Below are positions 55,296 to 64,000 of a stretch of 64,000 nt of DNA, one piece after another. A program made the position numbers and the translations under genes. The DNA is from a virus: IMG/VR virus record IMGVR_UViG_3300025137_000027, positions 1-64,000 of that record; one strand, given 5' to 3'. The number at the start of each line of letters is the position of its first letter. Position 1 is the first letter of the stretch. Under the pieces are notes generated by a model that worked only from the letters and a program-made list of their open reading frames with translations, had not been told where the DNA came from and ran no database searches.

Positions 55296-55623
55296 AAAAA
55301 GTTTTATTCGCCACTACTTAGAACTTTTAAATGGTATCTTGAAGCTGACTCCCCGTGAGCTAGATTCACTGCTACTCTTTTTAGAATTCGACCCAGAAGT
55401 AGCGTGTAGCATGCAGGCAAGAAAGTTTGTTGCAGAGGCAATGAACTTTAAAAGCGTTAGTGTATTAAACAACTACGTAAAGAGCCTTAAGGACAAGAAA
55501 GTCATTCACAAGGATGACCACGGGGTGTATCGGTATAATGACATTGTTAAACCGCATGGAAACCTTGAATCACTTACCTTCAAATTCGTCGTCACCGAAA
55601 CCTCTATTTCGCCTAGAATATGA
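55270..55623 (+). CDS. putative winged-HTH protein
   Basis: LTPRELD...ARKFVAEAM...NNYVKSLKDKKVI. Confidence 0.5.
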   Translation: MQLEIKTSKKSFIRHYLELLNGILKLTPRELDSLLLFLEFDPEVACSMQARKFVAEAMNFKSVSVLNNYVKSLKDKKVIHKDDHGVYRYNDIVKPHGNLESLTFKFVVTETSISPRI

Positions 55624-55751
55624 GATGGATTCGCTTGACGTATTGTTTGCGTTTGAACTGTCTATGGCTACAGAGCTTGAAGACCAGCAGGTGTTGTACG
55701 ATACGGCAGTATCTGTTGGGCTGCACACCTACGTTTTAACTTACATAATCT

Positions 55752-55985
55752 ATGCCGCGACCTAATAAACTGATGGAAGAACTTATCCTGGAGATACTTC
55801 AGGAAGACGGGGGGACTTATGAGGAGGTGTCGGAAGTAGTTATGAGTCAGTTTACTTTTTTGCGCAAGCACATGGAGCACGGAGCATTTAGTACAGTGCG
55901 CTTACCCTACCTGGGCAAGTTTTATGTTAAACCCGGTCGGCTATACAGATTAAACAATGCGATTATTCAGGGAAGAAAGTTTTAA
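55752..55985 (+). CDS. IHF/HU-like protein
   Basis: SQF...STVRLPYLGKFYVK; conserved position upstream of the crAss terminase. Confidence 0.6.
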   Translation: MPRPNKLMEELILEILQEDGGTYEEVSEVVMSQFTFLRKHMEHGAFSTVRLPYLGKFYVKPGRLYRLNNAIIQGRKF

Positions 55986-56520
55986 AGTAGTAGTAGATAC
56001 AGAGCTGAAGTTAATCCCAGAGTTTAAGGCTCTAATTACCCGGGACCGCAGTGCCGATAAAAAGCAAGCGGTTAAAGAGTTGAGTTTTATCTACTTTTTC
56101 CACGACCACAAATCGCCTTATTTTATCTACCCTGAAGATGAACGCCGCTTGCGTGTGTGTAAAGATTCTGGGCTAGGCGAGGCCTTTACTCCTGATGATA
56201 AAGTTAAAGCGGCTGTTAAAAAATACCTTGAGTTGTCTAAGACTCCGACTATTCAGTCTCTTACATCTATACGCGAGGGTCTGCTTACTAGTAGTAGGCT
56301 TATTGATACATTGCGCGAGCGTATTGAGTCTGCTCTTGCTGATCCTTTGTTGGAAGACATTGACCCTGTTGTGCGATCCGTTACCCGCATGCTCGAGATT
56401 TCTGAGAAGCTGCCAAAGGCGATTGAGAATATTACATCGCTAGAAGAGAAGGTAAAGAAAGAGGAGTCTAATGATGTGCGCATCAAGGGAGGAGGTAAAA
56501 AAGGAATGTTTGAAGACTAA
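55957..56520 (+). CDS. conserved crAss protein upstream of terL (candidate small terminase)
   Basis: RD....K..A.KEL.FIYF..D.KSPY; TAATG-coupled to terL. Confidence 0.5.
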   Translation: MRLFREESFKVVVDTELKLIPEFKALITRDRSADKKQAVKELSFIYFFHDHKSPYFIYPEDERRLRVCKDSGLGEAFTPDDKVKAAVKKYLELSKTPTIQSLTSIREGLLTSSRLIDTLRERIESALADPLLEDIDPVVRSVTRMLEISEKLPKAIENITSLEEKVKKEESNDVRIKGGGKKGMFED

Positions 56521-58529
56521 TGTTAGTTAATACAAGAGAATTTAGTAGGAGTGGGCAACACTTCTTAGAACACGGGTTCTACTGTGCTGACCCGCCAGGC
56601 AGTGCTGCGTACTTTGAGTACTGGGCTGAAGAACTGCGTCGGTGCAAGGTGGGCTATCAAGTGGGAGGGACGGCTATTACCGGGCATCACTACTTCTATC
56701 TAAACTACGTACAGATAAAACTGACCGATAAGGGAAATAAAAAGATAGTTTCTTTTCCAAACTTTTGGGACGGAGACTACGAGTACTTCTGGTTGCAGGA
56801 CATTGCACGTAATGGAACTACCGTTGAGAAATATCAAAAGCTAGGCCTATCTTCAGTTGTTGCTCCTGAGCACATGGATGGGAGTCGGCACATGATTGTA
56901 GGTAAAGCGCGTCGTAAGGGATTCTCGTACAAAAACGCTGCTTTAGTAACCAATACCTTTAACACCGAACGCAATAGCTATACTTTGCTTTGTGCCTTTG
57001 ACAAAAAATACCTTTACCCTAAAGGCATTATGGCAATGGTTACAGACAACATGAACTTTCTAAATGAACACACGGGATGGGCAAAGCGCAGGCAGGTAGT
57101 CGATAAACAGAATCACCGCAGGGGCAGCTACTTAGAGTACATGTCGGGACAACAGGTGGAGAAGGGCTACAAGTCTGAGGTAGAGGCGATTACATTTAAA
57201 GATAACCCAGACGCTGCTCGTGGTAAGGATGCTAGTATCGTTATCTTCGAGGAGTGCGGGGCATTTGATAATCTCAAAGCATCTTACCTCGCTACTAAAC
57301 CAACCGTAGAAGACGGCGGTGTTACAACAGGGCAGATGATTTTGTTTGGCACAGGCGGAGACATGGCAGGAGGCACGATTGATTTCGAGAGTATGTTCTA
57401 TAATCCAGAAGCCTACAATCTTTTACCTATTACAAACACTTGGGACGAAGGCACGGACCACTCTAACTGTGGGTTTTTCTTTCCTTCTTTCATTAACAAG
57501 ATTGGGCATATGGATTTCTCTGGCAACAGCGATGTAGCTGGGGCAAGACAGTCGGAAGAAGCAAAGAGAGAGCAAATTAAACGAGATGCTAAAGATGCGG
57601 GTGTACTAGATAAGCATATTACAGAGTACCCATTTACGCCTAAGGAAGCATTCTTGCAGCATACAAGTAATATTTTTCCTACCGCTACCCTTATGGAATG
57701 GAGAAACGAACTTATGCGCAGTGGCATGTTTAAATCTCTAGCAGTAGCGGGGCATTTAGTGCAAACCCAGTCTGGTATAAAACTTAAACCAGACGACCGG
57801 TTGCGCCCTGTATTAAAATTTCCTACACAACGCGGGGACGATACAACAGGATGCGTTGTAATGTACCAGTCTCCGTACAAAGAAAATGGTGAGGTTCCTG
57901 GAGATCTGTACATTATCGCGCATGACCCTTATGCGCAGGACGGTAAAGGGCAATCTTTGGGGGCTGCGTATGTCTTGAAACGTGTAAATCCTTACAGCCA
58001 ACCCGACGATATGATTGTTGCAAGTTATATAGGCAGACCAGATACGCAGGATGAATACAACAATACCCTATTTTTGCTGTCAAAGTATTATAATGCTCGT
58101 ATAGGATTTGAGAATGACCGAGGTGAAATTATTCCTTTTGCTAAACGTCACAAAATGATGCAGCAGCTTTTACCAGAGGTAGAAATCTTTGATAAAACGG
58201 ACAATGTGCGCATACGCAAGCTAGGCCGTAGTTACGGCATGAGCATGGGTAGTAAAGAACGTAAAGGGCAAGCAGAAATCTATCTAAGAGACTGGTTAAA
58301 AACTCCTCGGGGTCGCAACGAGTCTGGAGAGATAAAGCTTAATCTACACCAAATATACGATATTGCGTTGATAGATGAGTTAGTAAAGTACAATCGTCGT
58401 GGCAACTTTGACAGAGTTTCCGCGCTGATGGTAGGCATGTTTCATTTAAAGGACCTGCATTCTAGAGAAGTCCAGGTGGTAGAGCAGTCAAGTAATGACA
58501 CTTTTTTTGACCGAGACTTCTTTTCATAA
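56520..58529 (+). CDS. terL: terminase large subunit
   Basis: ITGHHYFYLN, KARRKGFSY, FEECG, FGTGG, EYP..P.EAF, HDPY, FEND, GNFDRVSA. Confidence 0.92.
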   Translation: MLVNTREFSRSGQHFLEHGFYCADPPGSAAYFEYWAEELRRCKVGYQVGGTAITGHHYFYLNYVQIKLTDKGNKKIVSFPNFWDGDYEYFWLQDIARNGTTVEKYQKLGLSSVVAPEHMDGSRHMIVGKARRKGFSYKNAALVTNTFNTERNSYTLLCAFDKKYLYPKGIMAMVTDNMNFLNEHTGWAKRRQVVDKQNHRRGSYLEYMSGQQVEKGYKSEVEAITFKDNPDAARGKDASIVIFEECGAFDNLKASYLATKPTVEDGGVTTGQMILFGTGGDMAGGTIDFESMFYNPEAYNLLPITNTWDEGTDHSNCGFFFPSFINKIGHMDFSGNSDVAGARQSEEAKREQIKRDAKDAGVLDKHITEYPFTPKEAFLQHTSNIFPTATLMEWRNELMRSGMFKSLAVAGHLVQTQSGIKLKPDDRLRPVLKFPTQRGDDTTGCVVMYQSPYKENGEVPGDLYIIAHDPYAQDGKGQSLGAAYVLKRVNPYSQPDDMIVASYIGRPDTQDEYNNTLFLLSKYYNARIGFENDRGEIIPFAKRHKMMQQLLPEVEIFDKTDNVRIRKLGRSYGMSMGSKERKGQAEIYLRDWLKTPRGRNESGEIKLNLHQIYDIALIDELVKYNRRGNFDRVSALMVGMFHLKDLHSREVQVVEQSSNDTFFDRDFFS

Positions 58530-58540
58530 ATCGATATCTG

Positions 58541-60739
58541 ATGACCCAGATCCCAAAACAAAAAATTGCTAGATCTCGCAAGTCCAAAGACTGGGCGCAG
58601 GACTGCATCCGTGCTTTTATCAATCGTTCGTCATTTAGCACGAGCACTAAGCACACGCTACAAACATACTATGAGGCCTATAATGGGAATCTTAGAGAGG
58701 CGGATTACAACTATGTAACGAACCCTTATAATAGCGAAGCATGGGCTAAGAAGAACTTCCCAGCTCGATTGCGTAACTACAATATTATCAAGCCTATCAT
58801 AGACTTGCTCTTAGGAGAAAAAGCCAAGCGCCCGTTAGCTTACCAAGTTGTTGTACGCAATAGCGATATCGAATCGCGGTTTGACAAGTTTCGGAAGACG
58901 CAGTTCCGTCAGTACCTAGACCAAGTCTTTGTTAACGAGGCAAACAAACAAGGCATTGCAACTGGACAAGAGTCTGCCGAACTGCCTGCTGCTGAGGAGT
59001 ACATGGACCAAGTCTTTTCTAACTATAGGGATTCCCGTGCTATTATGGGGCAGGAGGTGTTGAATTACCTATTCGATTGGCTCGGCATGGAGGATCAGAT
59101 TCAAAAAATGTTCTTTGACTGGTTAGTTGCGGGGGAGTGCTATTCGTACAAAGACGTTTGCATGAACGACGTGAGCTACGATGTGGTGTCTCCTTTAGAT
59201 ATTGACTTTGAGAAGGGGCCGGACGTAGAGTATATTGAAGACGCGGATTGGGTAGTACGACGCCAGGTCATGAGCGTTAACCAAGTAGTGGACCGTTTCT
59301 ACGATGTTTTGACCCCAAAACAAATTGATCGGCTTGAAGCTCCTCATGGTAAATACCGTGATTCTGCAGGCGGGGCACAAAGCATGTTTAATACCAAGTC
59401 GGATGAAGACGACTCGGATCGTATGATAGAGGTAATGCATGTCTGTTGGAAGTCTTTCTCACGTGTAGGCATTTTGAGCTACATAGATGAGTTAGGACAG
59501 CCGCAGGAAGAAGTAGTAGACGAAACTTACTCGGTGGAAGAGAATGAGGAGATTAAATACTACTGGGTAAATGAAGTTTGGGAAGGGTATCAAATTGATA
59601 AAGACCTTTTTGTATCTCACCAACCTCATCCTGTACAGCGAAATGAGATGAATAATCTTTCTGTATGCAAGCTGCCATATAACGGCAGGGTATACAGCAA
59701 TCGGCACAGCGATAACATAAGCGTTGTCAGCATGGGGCTGCCGTACCAAGTTCTTTACAATGTATTTCATTACCGCCTAGAGCTGTCTATTGCTAAGAAC
59801 AAAGACAAGATTATGCTTATGGAGATGAATACCATCCCTAAACGCCATGGTTGGGACGAAGAGAAGTTTATGTATTACGCGGATGCTATGGGCTACGCGT
59901 TTATTGACTCTACTGCAGAGGGCAAGAACAACGAACGTGTTACTTTTAATCAGTACCAAGTACTGGACATGTCTTTAGGTCAGTATATCGCGGCTCAGTT
60001 CCAACTACTGCAAGCTATTAAAGCTGAGTGGGAAGAAAACATTGGGGTCTCACGGCAACGCAAAGGGCAAGTAAAGACCTCTGATGGCGTAGGCACGACC
60101 GAACGCGCAGTATTTCAGTCTTCCGTTATCTCAGAAGAGATATTCAGACGATTCGAGTCTTTCTTAGAGCGCGAGTATGCAGGTTTAATTGACACAAGCA
60201 AGATTGCATGGCGAGAAGGCAAAAAGATGTCTTACGTAACCAGCGATTTGCGTACAGCCCTAGTGAGCGTAGACCCTCAAGAGTACCAAGAAGCTGAATA
60301 CGGAGTATTTGTCAAGAATAACAGCCGCGAGCAGGACAAGTTAAACCAGATTAAGTCTTTGGCTTTAGCCTTTGCTCAGAACGGGCAGCAGCCTTCTACT
60401 ATTGCGGAGATTATAGACAGCAACAACTTCAGTCAAATTAAAACTTTGATGGCAGAGGTTGATGAAAAGCAAAAAGAAATGCAAGAACAGGCTAGTCAAA
60501 TGCAGCAGCAACAACTTCAAGCTCAAGCAGAGGCACAGGCTCAGGAAAAGCAAGGAGACCAGATGTTTGAAGCGGATCAAAACGACAAAGACCGCATGGT
60601 TCAACTAGAGCTTAAGAAAATGGAAGTTGCCTCTAAGTTGACTACAGATGCAGACGGTAATGGGCGTAAAGACGAGATTGACAAGGCTCGGTTAGACGTC
60701 GAAAAAGAAAAAGTGGCGCTCCAACGTCAAAAAGGTTGA
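58541..60739 (+). CDS. portal protein
   Basis: 732 aa after terL; YNII.P.IDLLLGE..KR, W.NEVWEG, KLPYNG, PYQ.LYN, GVSRQR.GQ. Confidence 0.88.
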   Translation: MTQIPKQKIARSRKSKDWAQDCIRAFINRSSFSTSTKHTLQTYYEAYNGNLREADYNYVTNPYNSEAWAKKNFPARLRNYNIIKPIIDLLLGEKAKRPLAYQVVVRNSDIESRFDKFRKTQFRQYLDQVFVNEANKQGIATGQESAELPAAEEYMDQVFSNYRDSRAIMGQEVLNYLFDWLGMEDQIQKMFFDWLVAGECYSYKDVCMNDVSYDVVSPLDIDFEKGPDVEYIEDADWVVRRQVMSVNQVVDRFYDVLTPKQIDRLEAPHGKYRDSAGGAQSMFNTKSDEDDSDRMIEVMHVCWKSFSRVGILSYIDELGQPQEEVVDETYSVEENEEIKYYWVNEVWEGYQIDKDLFVSHQPHPVQRNEMNNLSVCKLPYNGRVYSNRHSDNISVVSMGLPYQVLYNVFHYRLELSIAKNKDKIMLMEMNTIPKRHGWDEEKFMYYADAMGYAFIDSTAEGKNNERVTFNQYQVLDMSLGQYIAAQFQLLQAIKAEWEENIGVSRQRKGQVKTSDGVGTTERAVFQSSVISEEIFRRFESFLEREYAGLIDTSKIAWREGKKMSYVTSDLRTALVSVDPQEYQEAEYGVFVKNNSREQDKLNQIKSLALAFAQNGQQPSTIAEIIDSNNFSQIKTLMAEVDEKQKEMQEQASQMQQQQLQAQAEAQAQEKQGDQMFEADQNDKDRMVQLELKKMEVASKLTTDADGNGRKDEIDKARLDVEKEKVALQRQKG

Positions 60740-60796
60740 TATTAATAAAAAGAATAGACGGCAAATATAATCCGTCATATAATTCGGTATATAAAA

Positions 60797-60804
60797 TACT
60801 TTTG
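60797..60804 (+). promoter_or_regulatory. Bacteroidota -7-like element TACTTTTG
   Basis: TAnnTTTG 5 nt before ATG 60810 in an AT-rich intergenic gap. Confidence 0.4.
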
Positions 60805-60809
60805 TAGGA

Positions 60810-61898
60810 ATGAGTGAAGAAAAATCATTGGATTTAAGCCAAGTTAGCGTAGCCAACTTGCTTAACAATACGGGACAAACGGCAATTCCAACGCCCGAGC
60901 CAGAAGCAGTAGAAGAGCCAGAAGCAGTTGCTGAGACCCCCGAGGTTTCGGAAGAAGTGGAAGAGCAAGTAGAACAAGAAGAAGAAACGTCGGAAGACTC
61001 TGACGATTCTCCTGAAGTTCTTGCAGATACTGATACTGAAGCACCTGTAGAAGAAGATGTAAGTGTCATCGATGTTTTAAAGTCCAAAATGGGCTACGAA
61101 ATTGAAGGAGACTTTGCAGAAGACTACGACGGCGTTGCAAAGTTTGCAGATGCTGTAGCTCAAGAGATTGCTAAAGAGCAGCTTGACACGGTATTCTCGC
61201 AATTTCCTGACGTAGAAGAGTACTTGCAGTTTCGTTACAACGGTGGCGATCCTAAACAATACTTTCAGGCAACCTCTCCTGTAGTAGACTATAGTGCTGT
61301 AGAGATAAGCGATGAAAACGTCGGTATCCAACGAGCTGTAGTAGAAGAGTTTTTACAACGCTCTGGGTATACTAACGAAGAAGTTGCAGAAACAGTGCAG
61401 GACTACCTCGAGGCAGGCATTTTGCAGCGTCAGGCAACTAGAAGCTTAGGCAAGCTCCAACGGCTACAGGAGACTGAAGCTAAGGAAATTGTAGTAAAGC
61501 AAAAGCAGCAAGCGGAGCAGCGTCAAGAAGAAATGCAACAACAGTGGTCCTCTATTAAAGGCACCATTGATAAAGGCACAGTTAAAAACTTTGAAATCCC
61601 TACCTCTGATCGCAAGAAGTTTTATACTTGGATGAGCGAGGCGGTAGATAAACAAGGACGCACTCAGCGTCTAGTAGATAGAGAGCAAATGGACTTAGAA
61701 AGCCAAGTTGCTATGGAGTACTTGTTGTGGAAGAAGTTCGACCTCAACAAATTAGTAAGTAGTACTAAGAATACTAAAGCGGCACAGAACCTTAAGCAGA
61801 AACTGCAACAGAATAAACCCGCCTCACAGCGGATGAAGGGAGGTAAATCTTCTTTCAAAGCACCGAAGAAATTACCTTCATTGAAAGATCTTTTGTAA
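60810..61898 (+). CDS. acidic scaffold-like protein (crAss gene between portal and capsid)
   Basis: E/D-rich N-terminus, coiled coil, canonical position. Confidence 0.65.
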   Translation: MSEEKSLDLSQVSVANLLNNTGQTAIPTPEPEAVEEPEAVAETPEVSEEVEEQVEQEEETSEDSDDSPEVLADTDTEAPVEEDVSVIDVLKSKMGYEIEGDFAEDYDGVAKFADAVAQEIAKEQLDTVFSQFPDVEEYLQFRYNGGDPKQYFQATSPVVDYSAVEISDENVGIQRAVVEEFLQRSGYTNEEVAETVQDYLEAGILQRQATRSLGKLQRLQETEAKEIVVKQKQQAEQRQEEMQQQWSSIKGTIDKGTVKNFEIPTSDRKKFYTWMSEAVDKQGRTQRLVDREQMDLESQVAMEYLLWKKFDLNKLVSSTKNTKAAQNLKQKLQQNKPASQRMKGGKSSFKAPKKLPSLKDLL

Positions 61899-61920
61899 CC
61901 CTTAATAATTAGTTTAAATC

Positions 61921-63348
61921 ATGTCTGCTGACAACATTAAAAAGCTTCGTTTATACGAAGACACGTTCAACAGTTCCTCGATGACTGATGAGAATAGCCT
62001 CGCAGCTGCTCTCATGACTCAACCCGACGTTCTGTCCCCTGTAATTACCCATCTTTCCGGCCAGGAAGACAAGCGATTCCCGCTTTCTTACTTGACTGAA
62101 GGCATGGGTGCAACTAAGTACATCAACGATATTGAGTACGATTACCCAGTGATGGGCCGTATGAATAAAGCCGTAGAGTGTACTGCCCAATCTGGTACTG
62201 GTATAAACCATACTCGTATTAAATTAACTTTTGCTGAGCGATGGTTCGTTCGTCAATACATTCTTGAGGCTCCAGATGGAACGCAAGTACGTGTAATGGA
62301 CGACCCCACTCCTGTAGCAGCAGGTTATGAGTATAGCGTTCAGCTCGTATCATCTGATGGTGCCGCCGTAACTAGTACTGCTTTTGCAAACAAGATGTTT
62401 GTTCAATTGTACGCTCCGGCTGCAATGAGCGGATCTCGTGGAAACGAAAGCCACTGGGTTGCCCCATCTAAAATGCGTAATCAAATCAGCTTGATTCGTA
62501 AGTCTTATGCGTACGAAGGCAACATGCCTGACCGCGTTGTAAACTTTGAATTCAATGTTGGTGGACGCTCTACTAACCTATGGTATGACTTTGAGGAGTA
62601 CCAGCACATGTTGCGTTGGAAAGAAGAGACTGAATATGCATTGTGGTACAGCCAGTACAACCGTGACGCTGCAGGACTTATCCATATGAAGGATGACAAT
62701 GGCAAGCCGATTTCTCTTGGTTCTGGTGTCTTTGAGCAGATTCCTAACGTGGATACCTACTCTGAGTTGACTACTGCTAAGATTAAGTCTGTTGTACGGG
62801 ATGCTTTGTATGGGGCAACTGACGCACAACAGATGAACATCGTATTGTTCACTGGTATTGGGGGAATGGAAGAGTTTGACAACGCTATGAAGTCTGAGAT
62901 TAGTGCCGGTTCTTATATCAAGAATACTGATCCTGCAAGCTTTATTGGCGGAAGCGGTAACAACCTTAAGCTAGGCGGTTACTTCACTTCTTACCAGCAC
63001 ATCGATGGGCACATCATCACTGTTCGCCACTTGCCTCTGTTTGACCACGGAGCACGTGCTTTGAATAGCGATCGTCACCCAGTGACTGGTCTTCCTTTGG
63101 AATCTTACCGCATGTGTTTCCTCGATATGAGCACATATGATGGTGAGCCAAACGTTCAGTACATTTCTCGTAAGGGACGTGAGCTAATGCGTTGGGCCGT
63201 TGCAGGTGCTTCTGTACCTCCTGGGTTCGGCGGAAACGCTCTCCGTGCTACTGACGTTGACGGTTCTTCTGTACACTTCATGAAGGAGTGTGGAATTGCA
63301 ATCCGTCGTGCTACAAATTGCTTACTCTTGGATTGCACCAAGTCGTAA
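61921..63348 (+). CDS. major capsid protein (crAss-type HK97 fold)
   Basis: 475 aa; TDENSL, MRNQISLIRKS, G.GVFEQI, TG.GGM.EF, GGYF..Y.H.DGH, HLPLFD, HP.TG.PLESY. Confidence 0.9.
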   Translation: MSADNIKKLRLYEDTFNSSSMTDENSLAAALMTQPDVLSPVITHLSGQEDKRFPLSYLTEGMGATKYINDIEYDYPVMGRMNKAVECTAQSGTGINHTRIKLTFAERWFVRQYILEAPDGTQVRVMDDPTPVAAGYEYSVQLVSSDGAAVTSTAFANKMFVQLYAPAAMSGSRGNESHWVAPSKMRNQISLIRKSYAYEGNMPDRVVNFEFNVGGRSTNLWYDFEEYQHMLRWKEETEYALWYSQYNRDAAGLIHMKDDNGKPISLGSGVFEQIPNVDTYSELTTAKIKSVVRDALYGATDAQQMNIVLFTGIGGMEEFDNAMKSEISAGSYIKNTDPASFIGGSGNNLKLGGYFTSYQHIDGHIITVRHLPLFDHGARALNSDRHPVTGLPLESYRMCFLDMSTYDGEPNVQYISRKGRELMRWAVAGASVPPGFGGNALRATDVDGSSVHFMKECGIAIRRATNCLLLDCTKS

Positions 63349-63368
63349 CTGGTATTTTGGTTAGGATT

Positions 63369-63401
63369 GGGGGAGGTAGTGTGCCTCCCCCTTTTCTTTT
63401 T
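63369..63401 (+). terminator. intrinsic terminator after the capsid gene
   Basis: GGGGGAGG/CCTCCCCC stem plus TTTTCTTTTT. Confidence 0.85.
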
Positions 63402-63430
63402 ATTAGAAACTCATTAGAAAAACAATAGAT

Positions 63431-64000
63431 ATGTCTTCACACCTCATCACCATTAACCGTCGACCTAACTCGACAAACCTCCCAAATGAAATTTATACAG
63501 AGTCCAAGCGTAAGATTGGATCAGTATTTACTAGCGGAGGAGATATTATTAGAGGCCTGACTTTTGCAGAGCAGAAGCAGTACCTCCCTGAAATTATAGG
63601 ACTTAGCCCCTCTGATCCCGAATTCAGTCGTAAATGCCGAGAATACTATTTGAACATGACTGTGTCTGTTCCTATGGCTGGGCTAGATCTTGAAGTTGGT
63701 TTAGACGAAGAAGGGCATCCTTTGAATGTACTTGATTACATTAAGTACAAGTTTGCTCTTGCACACCCCTTTGTTGTAACAGACGAGGAGCAGTTGACTG
63801 GCAGCAAGCGTATCCAGTATTTTATTAGCGATAACCGCAAGGAGCTTAAAGAAGCTAGTGCAAGTTTGGTTATTAGGAAAGATGCGTACAAGGAGTTTAT
63901 TAAGCTGTGCGATAATGAAGACCGTATGAATATGGTTCTTCACGTGTATTCTTATGATCCTGGGTCAATGACTAAGGATGAAAAAGAACTTCAATTAGAA
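63431..64000 (+). CDS. conserved crAss protein downstream of MCP (partial)
   Basis: MSSHLITINRRPN...GLTFAEQKQYLPEIIG...PLNVLDYIKYKFALAHP; open to the window end. Confidence 0.7.
   Translation, partial: MSSHLITINRRPNSTNLPNEIYTESKRKIGSVFTSGGDIIRGLTFAEQKQYLPEIIGLSPSDPEFSRKCREYYLNMTVSVPMAGLDLEVGLDEEGHPLNVLDYIKYKFALAHPFVVTDEEQLTGSKRIQYFISDNRKELKEASASLVIRKDAYKEFIKLCDNEDRMNMVLHVYSYDPGSMTKDEKELQLE

Noticed and set aside
60772-60779. Antisense TATATTTG promoter pointing into the portal gene
   Set aside because: No matching -33 element, and it could arise by chance in an AT-rich gap
1-64000. Stop-codon reassignment as in some gut crAss-like phages
   Set aside because: Long genes are intact under code 11, and TAA, TGA and TAG all end well-tiled genes
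1-64000. CRISPR array, canonical tRNA genes, integrase, transposase, introns or inteins
   Set aside because: No spaced direct-repeat array, no canonical T-arm tRNA and no recombinase motifs seen; terL, polA and MCP are uninterrupted and of normal size

Overview
A 64-kb segment of a crAss-like (Crassvirales-type) dsDNA phage, most likely infecting a marine Flavobacteriia/Bacteroidota host. It uses the standard genetic code. There are three blocks. (i) 1-34858 (+): lysis, tail and ejected-cargo genes, including a single 4910-aa virion RNA polymerase polyprotein (DYDID motif plus a zincin HExxH). (ii) 34838-54344 (-): groES, ung, a PD-(D/E)XK nuclease, a GATase-GGCT/amidoligase pair, NinB, RusA, primase, SSB-like, AAA ATPase, DnaB, SF2 helicase, DUF6878/DUF6915, DUF932, PolA, ParB-like and small early membrane/lipoprotein genes. 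(iii) 54492-64000 (+): IHF-like, terminase, portal, scaffold-like and major capsid genes. The most striking feature is a phage-encoded cell-envelope module. A translationally coupled cassette (7963-11795) encodes a Cys-repeat protein with a type A type IX secretion (T9SS) C-terminal domain, a predicted outer-membrane beta-barrel, a membrane-anchored coiled coil and an exported thioredoxin-fold protein. A second T9SS cargo with a type B CTD lies at 33590-34858. Other candidates are a promoter- and terminator-bounded ~180-nt structured RNA whose 5' end is complementary to a motif in many phage leaders, a stand-alone peptide resembling the redox tail of ribonucleotide reductase, clamp-binding motifs on PolA and on the GATase-GGCT enzyme, and a strand-biased G-run cluster at the early/late divergence. 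All family assignments come from motif recognition by eye, not database searches.
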